This document shows, in pieces, positions 1-6,844 of a stretch of DNA of 35,988 nt. The notes beneath the pieces are model-generated. The model did no database searches. It was not told the DNA's origin and saw only the letters and a program-made list of their open reading frames with translations. Source of the DNA: a virus. Taxonomy: Duplodnaviria; Caudoviricetes. Positions within the stretch are counted from its first letter, which is position 1. Each line of letters starts with the position of its first letter. The stretch lies in IMG/VR virus record IMGVR_UViG_3300030433_003509, positions 1 through 35,988 of that record; one strand, written 5' to 3'. Made by a program: the position numbers and the translations under genes.

Positions 1-143
1 TTCGCGACCTCTGCGGGCGCGGTTTCGGGCACGTGGCGGATGACCGCTTCGGCGCCGCCTTCGCGCACGCCTTCGGCGACCGCTTCGGCCATCGCCGATG
101 TGTGGCCGTAGGAGGAATAGTAGAGGACGAGGATCTTGGTCAT
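1..143 (-). CDS. wrbA: NAD(P)H:quinone oxidoreductase WrbA, 5' part (host gene, runs off the window)
   Basis: Manual translation from ATG at 143 gives [47 protein letters not shown], the flavodoxin-like WrbA N-terminus. Not in the ORF track because it is truncated. Confidence 0.9.
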   Translation of the reverse strand, partial: MTKILVLYYSSYGHTSAMAEAVAEGVREGGAEAVIRHVPETAPAEVA

Positions 144-358
144 GGGCTTCCCTTTGCTGGATTGTCCGGTGTCTGACCAATCAATGCGCGGGGCGCGCAG
201 GTGTTTCGCAAAGCTTGCGGCCCGATTTTCCTACTCGCTCACGACCCGTTAGGCCGATGGCGCTCTTTCCCAGCGTCGATCACCCGCGCGAAGGCAACGC
301 GTTTGCGTTTCCGCCTGAGGCGGTCCGCACCGGGTAGATCTGTTAAAGAGAGGGGGCG

Positions 359-374
359 TGGTGCCCAGGGGCGG
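359..374 (-). repeat. Prophage att core: duplicated tRNA 3' end (tRNA-Phe-like)
   Basis: Minus strand reads CCGCCCCTGGGCACCA: T-stem 3' strand, acceptor strand and CCA, without the rest of a tRNA. It lies between the host gene and alpA. The Phe assignment is from recollection of alphaproteobacterial tRNA-Phe. Confidence 0.75.
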
Positions 375-475
375 CATCAATAGGCATTTTTAAAGTCCTG
401 AAAAAAATAAATAAGATGTCGTCTGCGGGGGGCGATGCCCCCAGCCGTGCCCCTGCCGTGGGCAAAAAAAGAGGA

Positions 476-670
476 TCAGCTGACCAGCTGATCCTCGAGC
501 CAGGCTTCGATGCGCGAGCGGCGCCAGCGGTTGTGCCGGGGCGACTTGAAGTTCTCCGGTTGGGGGAACTTACCGGCGCGGCGCAGATCATCGATCCGCG
601 AGCGCTTCAGGCCGACCATGCGCTCGACATCCTTGCGGCTGAGCAATGGATCAATCAGTTCGCTCATCAC
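476..670 (-). CDS. AlpA-family HTH regulator / excisionase
   Basis: LLSRKDVERMVGLKRSRIDDLRRAGKFPQP...RWRRSRIEAWL is the AlpA pattern; adjacent to att. Confidence 0.88.
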   Translation of the reverse strand: MMSELIDPLLSRKDVERMVGLKRSRIDDLRRAGKFPQPENFKSPRHNRWRRSRIEAWLEDQLVS

Positions 671-900
671 CGCTTCCCTTTGTCTCTGGCGGGGTTGAGG
701 CGGACCAATGTGTCTTCGCTTCCCTCCGCGCAGTCGGCATGCTCATCTCTCTCGAACTGGGGCACGGCGCCCGCGTAGATCGCGTCGGGATGATGACAGA
801 TGGTCTGCTTGCACGCGGCGCAGGTGGCGTCGGGGGCGTTCGCGGCACGGTAGGCGCCGGGTGGGCTTTCGGTATCGATCTCGACCGTGGCGCGCATCAT
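667..900 (-). CDS. Small early hypothetical protein (CxxC..C/HH)
   Basis: 4-bp start/stop overlaps with both neighbours in the early operon. Confidence 0.6.
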   Translation of the reverse strand: MMRATVEIDTESPPGAYRAANAPDATCAACKQTICHHPDAIYAGAVPQFERDEHADCAEGSEDTLVRLNPARDKGKR

Positions 901-1115
901 GCGAGCCCCCGTGCAGCGATCAGCGCGACTATCATGAGCGACACCAGTACCGCGCCCACGAGCGCTCCGGCGATCCGGCGGCGGAATTCACGCTGTCTTG
1001 GGCAGGAGCGGCGGGCGGCGCGCAGGCGGGCGCGGTCGAACGCGGCTTCGCTGCCCATCGGCAGGATGGATGGCGCGCGGCGTTGGGCAAGACGCGAGAG
1101 AATCGGGCGAGCCAT
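897..1115 (-). CDS. Small early protein with a C-terminal TM helix
   Basis: Coupled to gapR-like stop (TGATG); hydrophobic IAGALVGAVLVSLMIVALIAA. Confidence 0.6.
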   Translation of the reverse strand: MARPILSRLAQRRAPSILPMGSEAAFDRARLRAARRSCPRQREFRRRIAGALVGAVLVSLMIVALIAARGLA

Positions 1116-1351
1116 CAGCCGATCCCCAGCGCGGCTTTGTAGGTGTCGAGGATGATTTCTTGCTCGCTGCGATCGTCGGGCTTCATCTTCCGAAGCTTGA
1201 CGATCTGGCGCATGATCTTGGGATCGTAGCCGACCGCCTTGGCCTCGGCGTAGACATCGCGAATATCGTCGGCGATGCCCTTCTTCTCTTCCTCGAGGCG
1301 TCCGATGCGTTCGATGAGCAGGCGAAGGCGGTCGTCGGTTGTTTCAGCCAT
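1115..1351 (-). CDS. gapR: DUF2312 / GapR-like nucleoid-associated protein
   Basis: [47 protein letters not shown] is the canonical DUF2312 sequence; GGAG RBS. Confidence 0.92.
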   Translation of the reverse strand: MAETTDDRLRLLIERIGRLEEEKKGIADDIRDVYAEAKAVGYDPKIMRQIVKLRKMKPDDRSEQEIILDTYKAALGIG

Positions 1352-1403
1352 CAGGCGGCTCCCTGTTCGATTTTGAAATTGGAACTGGATTGGTGGTTGC
1401 CCA

Positions 1404-1553
1404 TCAGATCGCTCCGTTGACGGAGAGGCCGAAAGCGATGCGGTCGGCCATGTGCAGGATCAGCCAGAGGCCGACGAAGGCGGCACCAAAGGCCAGGGCG
1501 TCTTCGGGATGAGTTCGCAGGTCGTGGGCGAGGGCGTGGAGGCGGGCGATCAT
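1404..1553 (-). CDS. Small membrane protein ([11 protein letters not shown]..., 49 aa)
   Basis: ATG overlaps the upstream stop (ATGA); one TM segment; track ORF 1404..1763 is over-extended. Confidence 0.5.
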   Translation of the reverse strand: MIARLHALAHDLRTHPEDALAFGAAFVGLWLILHMADRIAFGLSVNGAI

Positions 1554-1738
1554 TGTGCGATCACCGCGTGGCGCGGCAGGACCGGAGCGGTTGGCGTCAC
1601 CGGCGCGGGCGGGGTGTCTGCGCATGGGTCGCACAACTCGCGCCAGCCGATGCCGTTGGTGAAGGTGTTGCGGGTACGGGCGGTGCGGTGACAGCCGTCG
1701 CAGCGGCGGCGGCCGATCAGGTGGACGCGCAGTCTCAT
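1550..1738 (-). CDS. Small zinc-finger protein (CDGC...CDPC)
   Basis: MRLRVHLIGRRRCDGC...LCDPC; AGGAG RBS; coupled to the next gene. Confidence 0.5.
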   Translation of the reverse strand: MRLRVHLIGRRRCDGCHRTARTRNTFTNGIGWRELCDPCADTPPAPVTPTAPVLPRHAVIAQ

Positions 1739-1790
1739 TCGGCAATCTCCTGCGGGTGGACATGGCGGCGGGGATCGGCGGAAGCGGACT

Positions 1791-2174
1791 TCAGCCGGTG
1801 GCGGATTTCTTGTCGAAGAAGGTCGGTTCGTCTTCGTTTGCGTCGCGGCCGGGAGGGCGTACGTGCGTAACCTGGTCGCGCGGGCAGACGGGGAGATCGA
1901 GGTCGGGACGCGAGAAGTTGCCTGCGCAAATGGAGTGCACAAAGACGATGTCCGCCCGGTAGGTATGGCCGCAGGCAGTATCGGTGCAGTGACATTCCAT
2001 CTGCGTGACCTGCTCGGTCTTGCGTTCCGACCGGCGGATGAATGCTGGCGCATCGCAACGCGGGCAGAGCAGAAAGCAAGTCGAGCCAGCGCTGCGCCCA
2101 CCCGGGGCGAGGCGAAACTGGAGCGGTGCATGGACCATTGGCCCGCTGATCAGGCCGCCTCCCGCGCCGCTCAT
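1791..2174 (-). CDS. ogr: Ogr/Delta-like zinc-finger late activator
   Basis: CPRCDAPAFIRRS...CTDTACGHTY is the Ogr C4 zinc-finger pattern. Confidence 0.88.
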   Translation of the reverse strand: MSGAGGGLISGPMVHAPLQFRLAPGGRSAGSTCFLLCPRCDAPAFIRRSERKTEQVTQMECHCTDTACGHTYRADIVFVHSICAGNFSRPDLDLPVCPRDQVTHVRPPGRDANEDEPTFFDKKSATG

Positions 2175-2614
2175 GCTGATTCATCCTGCAGGCTGGCGAG
2201 ACAGTCGGTCATGCGTTCGATCGCTTCACCGATTTCCTTGCGTGCACGCCGCCGGGTGTCGGGGCAGTCGATCCTACCGCTTGCGTCGAGCAGGGCGGCA
2301 ATCGCTTCGCCGGATTCCTTCGCTGCGTCAGACGCAAGATGAACAAGGTCGGCGTCATGAGCGCGCGCAGCGATTTCGAGACGGAGCGCGAATAGGCGGT
2401 GGAATGGCGCGTAGGCGCCACCTGCCGCGATGAAGGCCCGATCAAGCCGCTCGGCGTCGAGCAGGCGGATTTCGGTTTCACAATCGGGATCGGACCAGAG
2501 GCGCACGGTACGATCGGTGACGCCGCACAGCGCCCCGCAATGATCCCACCCGATACGAGCGGCGATGGTGGTCAGCGCGGCATGATAGGTGAGAGGTTCG
2601 CGCCGCTTGGTCAT
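2171..2614 (-). CDS. CII-like phage regulatory protein
   Basis: Directly after cro; N-terminal HTH-like segment and C-terminal 'AAKESGEAIAALL...ARKEIGEAI' helices typical of P2/186 CII-like proteins. Confidence 0.6.
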   Translation of the reverse strand: MTKRREPLTYHAALTTIAARIGWDHCGALCGVTDRTVRLWSDPDCETEIRLLDAERLDRAFIAAGGAYAPFHRLFALRLEIAARAHDADLVHLASDAAKESGEAIAALLDASGRIDCPDTRRRARKEIGEAIERMTDCLASLQDESA

Positions 2615-2976
2615 GGCGCGGCCTTCATTTGTGCGGGTCGATTGAAGTCGACCCCGGCGGGCGGGCGACTATCCTTTGCCCCATGAAGGGAGAACCGACC
2701 TGCGCAGGCATCGACGCCTTGAAAGCGCTGCCCGATGTGGCGGTCGGTCATCGTCTCGCGAGGGTATACGTCGGGGCGGAGATCGTGGCGGGAGACGCCG
2801 TAAAGGCGCTCCGCAGTGAGTACCTGCCCCTGCTCAGCGGGGAGCTGTTTACTGGAATTGACGATCCGCGACATCGTGGCTTGGGGGATGCCGAGGTCGC
2901 GGCCAAGCTGGCTGATCGAGCCTGCTCTCTCGACGCAGAGCATGAGGGCTTCAAAACGAGTGAGTGAGCTATCCAT
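2611..2976 (-). CDS. Cro/YdaS-like HTH antirepressor
   Basis: AGSISQLGRDLGIPQATMSRI HTH and GVSRHDLRPDVY motif; divergent from cI; ATG at 2976 preferred. Confidence 0.85.
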   Translation of the reverse strand: MDSSLTRFEALMLCVERAGSISQLGRDLGIPQATMSRIVNSSKQLPAEQGQVLTAERLYGVSRHDLRPDVYPRETMTDRHIGQRFQGVDACAGRFSLHGAKDSRPPAGVDFNRPAQMKAAP

Positions 2977-3051
2977 ATCCGAATGGATATTCACTAACGA
3001 ATATTCAGTCAATCGGAATTTTATAGCGATGCCTTATCCAATTTTGGGTAA
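2970..3051. promoter_or_regulatory. cI/cro switch region: three operator-like sites and a cro promoter
   Basis: TATYC-N6-GRRTR at 2970-2985, 2988-3003 and 3035-3050. Minus strand TTGACT(3012)-17 bp-TATCCA lies 7 nt before the cro ATG. Confidence 0.6.
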
Positions 3052-3060
3052 AGTCCGCTG

Positions 3061-3735
3061 ATGGGAGATTTCCGGCCTGATCGAATGATCGCGTTGCGCA
3101 CCGACAAAGGGTGGTCGCAGTCGGATTTGGCGCGGGAATCGAAGACAGCTCAGCCGTCGATCAATCGATTGGAGGCAGGAGGAACTCGCTCGCCTCGTAG
3201 TCTCCTCAGTATTGCGAGGGCATTGGGTACTTCTCCAGATTACCTGATGGGAGAAACAGACGATCCAAGCCCGGCAGCAGGCGCGACCGGTATCTCGCCT
3301 GGACAGGAGCAGAAGCGCGACGATCGCACCCTAGAAATTCCGGTGCTCGACCTCGCCTATGGGATGGGTGGCACGTATCTCGACGATTTCGATCCGACCG
3401 CAAACCTTGAGCCGTTTCCGGCATCCTTCATCCGCACCTATTCGAAGGCCAAGGCGGAAAACCTAGTGATGGCGAGGGGGATTGGCGACAGTATGTCGCC
3501 GACCATTGGATCGAACGATCAGATTTTGATCGACCGCAGCGTCAATAGCCTGCGAATCGCCGATAAGGTCTGGGCGTTCAGTTTCGGGGGGCTGGGTATG
3601 GTGAAGCGCTTGCGAGCGCGAGGCGATGGCAGCATCGCAATCCTTTCAGACAACCCCCTGGTGCCGGAAGATCGGGCGGTCGACGACGAACTTTTCATTA
3701 TCGGGCAAGTGGTGGGAGTGATGAAAAAGCTATGA
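3061..3735 (+). CDS. cI: CI-type repressor (XRE HTH + S24 peptidase)
   Basis: N-terminal XRE HTH; GDSMSPTI and MVKRL S24 catalytic motifs. Confidence 0.93.
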   Translation: MGDFRPDRMIALRTDKGWSQSDLARESKTAQPSINRLEAGGTRSPRSLLSIARALGTSPDYLMGETDDPSPAAGATGISPGQEQKRDDRTLEIPVLDLAYGMGGTYLDDFDPTANLEPFPASFIRTYSKAKAENLVMARGIGDSMSPTIGSNDQILIDRSVNSLRIADKVWAFSFGGLGMVKRLRARGDGSIAILSDNPLVPEDRAVDDELFIIGQVVGVMKKL

Positions 3736-4223
3736 GTTTCAAACGATATGCCATCGCCGGTGCCTTGGTCCTCGTGCTTGCAGGGTGCGGCCAGTCGAAG
3801 GAGACGGTCAGCGATATCCCCGAGGATGAACCGACCAAGGTTTCGGTCGCCGCGCGTGATGCCGAAGGCGTGGTTACTGCCCTGACTGAAGCGGGCCTGC
3901 CGATTGGCGGTATCGTCGTCCTGACCGAAGAGACCGATGACAATAACATGATGGGTCGCCCGGGGGGCTACACCAGCAAGGTCTTCTTCTTCGATAACCG
4001 CTATGAGGGCGAGGGTATGGAGCCTTCGGAACAGAACACCATCGAAGTTTTCCCATCCGAGGAGGATGCAACCCGGCGGCGCGAATATATCGAGGGGGTG
4101 ACCGAAGGCATGCCGATGTTCACCCAATACATGATCCAGTCGGGGCCTGTGCTGATGCGGCTCGACAAGGTCATGAAGCCGGGTGAAGCGAAGGAATACG
4201 AAGCCGCGCTCGGGGAGCTCTAA
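3732..4223 (+). CDS. Lipoprotein, cargo 1 (unknown function)
   Basis: Signal peptide with lipobox LAGC; ATGA-coupled to cI. Confidence 0.85.
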   Translation: MSFKRYAIAGALVLVLAGCGQSKETVSDIPEDEPTKVSVAARDAEGVVTALTEAGLPIGGIVVLTEETDDNNMMGRPGGYTSKVFFFDNRYEGEGMEPSEQNTIEVFPSEEDATRRREYIEGVTEGMPMFTQYMIQSGPVLMRLDKVMKPGEAKEYEAALGEL

Positions 4224-4261
4224 GCGCTCTCGAGTTCGATCGACTGGCGCAGGCCGATGGC
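4220..4261 (-). repeat. Remnant of gpD 3' end (copy 1)
   Basis: Encodes AIGLRQSIELESA* versus gpD ATGLRQSIELESG*; 35/42 nt identical to 5427-5468. Confidence 0.9.
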
Positions 4262-4265
4262 GCGG

Positions 4266-4343
4266 GAAGATCCGGCGGTCGACGACGAGCTGTTCGTAAT
4301 CGGCCAAGTGATTGCTGTATCGAAAGGTACGAGCAATCAGTGA
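4266..4343 (+). repeat. Remnant of cI 3' end (copy 1)
   Basis: Encodes EDPAVDDELFVIGQVIAVSKGTSNQ* versus cI EDRAVDDELFIIGQVVGVMKKL*; first 45 nt are 39/45 identical to 3667-3711. Confidence 0.9.
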
Positions 4344-4357
4344 ATGGGGGGAGTGCA

Positions 4358-4819
4358 ATGCGACTTATTATGATGGCTGGTGTGGTCTTCAGCTTGGCAG
4401 CGTGCGGCGACTTACCAGACGAGCCAGCGGCGGACGATGGCGAATATGAAGCCAATATGGCCTCGGTTGGGGGCGAAGGCAATGCCGTGACCGATGCGGC
4501 TTCGTCCCTGACCGGGCCGCAAGCTAATGCTCGCCGAAGTGCGGAATCCTATCTTCAAATGCAGGGGTTTTCTCGTGCGGGCCTGATCGAGCAATTGTCG
4601 TCGGCCGCCGGGGACGGTTATGACTTGGCCGATGCAACTGCGGCCGTCGACAGCATGACAGTCGACTGGAACGAGCAAGCCGCGCGGTCCGCCAAGTCCT
4701 ATCTCGACATGATGGGGTTTTCCTGCTCCGGCCTCGTCGATCAGCTTTCGTCTTCAGCCGGCGACAAATACTCAGAGAGCGAAGCTCGATATGGCGCCCA
4801 GATGGCCGGTGCCTGTTAG
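4358..4819 (+). CDS. Ltp-family lipoprotein (superinfection-exclusion type), cargo 2
   Basis: Lipobox LAAC; two tandem Ltp-like repeats (ARRSAESYLQMQGFSRAGLIEQLSS..GDGY and AARSAKSYLDMMGFSCSGLVDQLSS..GDKY). Confidence 0.85.
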   Translation: MRLIMMAGVVFSLAACGDLPDEPAADDGEYEANMASVGGEGNAVTDAASSLTGPQANARRSAESYLQMQGFSRAGLIEQLSSAAGDGYDLADATAAVDSMTVDWNEQAARSAKSYLDMMGFSCSGLVDQLSSSAGDKYSESEARYGAQMAGAC

Positions 4820-4899
4820 GCGCTCTCAAGCTTGATCGACTGACGCAGGCCGGCCGCCGACAATTCTGTGCGCACGCTCTCGACCAGCCAGCTGATGCC
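4816..4899 (-). repeat. Remnant of gpD 3' end (copy 2)
   Basis: Encodes GISWLVESVRTELSAAGLRQSIKLESA*; 72/84 nt identical to 5427-5510. Confidence 0.93.
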
Positions 4900-4958
4900 A
4901 CAAAGCTAACGGCTTTTAATTAATAAAGTGTACAGGGGTTGGGCCGTTATAGGCGTAT

Positions 4959-5000
4959 TTAGTTTTCGGGCAGGTGATAAGAGTGATGGAAAACTTATGA
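4959..5000 (+). repeat. Degenerate remnant of cI 3' end (copy 2)
   Basis: Encodes LVFGQVIRVMENL* versus FIIGQVVGVMKKL*; 32/42 nt identical to 3694-3735. Confidence 0.75.
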
Positions 5001-5052
5001 GAGTTCTTCAATGACCTGCGTGACGGCAATGATGAGAAAAGCCTGACGCGGC

Positions 5053-5430
5053 ATGTTGGGATACTTTATCATCGCTTGCTGGTTCTTGGGGCTGGGCACG
5101 CTCTTCTATCTCGAAACGAAGCGCGGCGGAGTCGAGGCCGCTGGACGGGTTTCAATACTGGTGGTGGGGGTGACTGCATTGGCAGCCTTTTGGCTGGCGG
5201 ATTGGGTTGTCATCCCCGTGGCGGTGTTTGCGCTGGCATTGTGTTTCGTCCCCAAGTCGCCCGACTCCGAGAAAGATGACCGAGCGGAGTGGGAGCGGGC
5301 AGAGCTTCAGGCAGAATGTGTATCGCGGCGCGAAGAGCTGCGGCAGGCCAAGGAAGATTGCGAACTCGGACTAATCTCCGAGAGGGAATACGACGAACTC
5401 GTCGCGCAGATCACCGCGCCACTACGCTAG
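5053..5430 (+). CDS. Membrane protein with a SHOCT-like C-terminus, cargo 3
   Basis: 2-3 hydrophobic helices; C-terminal LRQAKEDCELGLISEREYDELVAQI resembles SHOCT; stop overlaps the gpD stop. Confidence 0.7.
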   Translation: MLGYFIIACWFLGLGTLFYLETKRGGVEAAGRVSILVVGVTALAAFWLADWVVIPVAVFALALCFVPKSPDSEKDDRAEWERAELQAECVSRREELRQAKEDCELGLISEREYDELVAQITAPLR

Positions 5431-6422
5431 CCGCTCTCCAACTCGATCGACTGGCGCAGGCCCGTGGCCGAAAATTCGGTGCGCACGCTCTCGACCAGCC
5501 AGCTGATACCGTCGATCCTCTCGCCCCAACCGACCAGCGCGACCTTCGCCTCGGGCTGCAGCGCGAGATCTGCGACGGCGAGATCATAGGTGAAACGGTA
5601 AGGCGATCGCGCAGCACGGCCAGTAGCGGCCTCGGCAGCCTGCCGGGCCTCAGCTTCGCTGGTGTAAACCCGCTTCAGCTTGCGCCGGTTGTCGCCGCCG
5701 ACTTTCACAGTGCGTCGGCGGGCAGCGTCCTGATCCTGCCATTGGGCCTCGGCACCATCATAGTTCTCGCGATCGGCCTGGTTGAAGGTCCAGCGCCAGC
5801 CATCGCGCCGGGTCAGGCGGACTTGCGCTAGCGGTTCGCCCCCGGCGGTTGCGGCCTTACCGATCGGGAGGAAGAGCAGCTTGCCATCCTTCCACGTGGC
5901 GACGGCATCGTACCGTCGCCCGAGATCCGCGACGAAGGCGACATCGCTTTTTCCCTCCTGCTCGATCGTCGCGATCTCCCGACCGGAAAGATCGCCGCCG
6001 ATCTGTGCAGTGATCCCGTGCCGCCCCGCTATCGCCTGCAGGATCGCGCCGAGGGTGGTCTTGTTCCAACTGGTGGTGCGGCGCTGGCGCAGCTTGCCGG
6101 TAAGGTCTGCGGAGCGCGCCCTGAAGGTGACGATGTCGGGCGGGCCTTCCTGACCCACCTCGTCAACGGTGAAGGTGCCCTTTGCGACCAGGCCGAGTGG
6201 CACGCCGTCGCCGGACGTCCAGCCAAGGGAGAGGGATAGAACCGCGCCCGTGTGGGGGATTTGCAGCAGGCCGTCGGCGTTCTGTAGGCGCACGTCGAGT
6301 TCGTCGGCCTTCGCCTCGCGCCGTTCGGTCAGCGAGAGCGAAACGAGACGGGGGTTGATCTTGTCAGCCAGATCGGTGCCGTCGGCGAGCGAGAGCGCGA
6401 TGCCTGCCTTGCGGGCCGTCAT
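5427..6422 (-). CDS. D: Late control D / baseplate hub protein (P2 gpD)
   Basis: RLVSLSLTERREAKADEL, GTFTVDEV...GPPD, SDVAFV..LGRRYDA are gpD motifs; follows gpU. Confidence 0.92.
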   Translation of the reverse strand: MTARKAGIALSLADGTDLADKINPRLVSLSLTERREAKADELDVRLQNADGLLQIPHTGAVLSLSLGWTSGDGVPLGLVAKGTFTVDEVGQEGPPDIVTFRARSADLTGKLRQRRTTSWNKTTLGAILQAIAGRHGITAQIGGDLSGREIATIEQEGKSDVAFVADLGRRYDAVATWKDGKLLFLPIGKAATAGGEPLAQVRLTRRDGWRWTFNQADRENYDGAEAQWQDQDAARRRTVKVGGDNRRKLKRVYTSEAEARQAAEAATGRAARSPYRFTYDLAVADLALQPEAKVALVGWGERIDGISWLVESVRTEFSATGLRQSIELESG

Positions 6423-6844
6423 GGGGTGGTCTCTTTGCCTGCTTGGTCGTCACCTCGTTCGAGTTCGATCCGGAAACCGATATGGCGCGGTGTACCACCG
6501 GCCATCACCGTGAGGTGCTCTTCCTCCATCCTGACGATCCGGTAGTTGCCGAGGATCCGGCCCTGACCATTGATGAGAGGGAAAGTGTCGCCTGTGTCTG
6601 CCATCGCGGCCAAGGTATCGATCGAGGCGAAGTCCGCGCCCAGTTCGGGCACCAGCAGACCGGAGAGGCCGATATTGTCAGCACCCGGGCCGATGAACTG
6701 GGCCGCGTCGCGCGCGTCGTGTCGCTCGCTGGTCGCATGCCGCCATTCTCGCGAGCGCAGCAGCGACTGGTAGGCGGCGGTTTCCATGCCGAAGATGAAC
6801 ATGCCGAGCGTCATCAGCTCGCGCGGGGTGGGCCGGCTCGCCAT
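6419..6844 (-). CDS. U: Tail protein (P2 gpU)
   Basis: LMTLGMFIF...WRHAT..R....AAQFIGPGADNIGLSG. Confidence 0.92.
   Translation of the reverse strand: MASRPTPRELMTLGMFIFGMETAAYQSLLRSREWRHATSERHDARDAAQFIGPGADNIGLSGLLVPELGADFASIDTLAAMADTGDTFPLINGQGRILGNYRIVRMEEEHLTVMAGGTPRHIGFRIELERGDDQAGKETTP

Noticed and set aside
1-143. wrbA as the integration target, as for some E. coli phages
   Set aside because: The wrbA 5' end and upstream region are intact, and the boundary is better explained by the tRNA-3'-end core at 359-374
359-374. Complete tRNA gene
   Set aside because: Only the last 16 nt are present, with no T-loop, anticodon arm or D-arm
3519-4358. 279-aa minus-strand ORF with an internal repeat
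   Set aside because: It is antisense to cI and cargo 1, and its repeated text simply reflects the cI-tail duplication
4220-5000. Tail repeats as a CRISPR array, DGR template or shufflon
   Set aside because: The repeats are codon-preserving gene ends of unequal length. No cas, reverse transcriptase or invertase gene is present, and mismatches are not adenine-specific.
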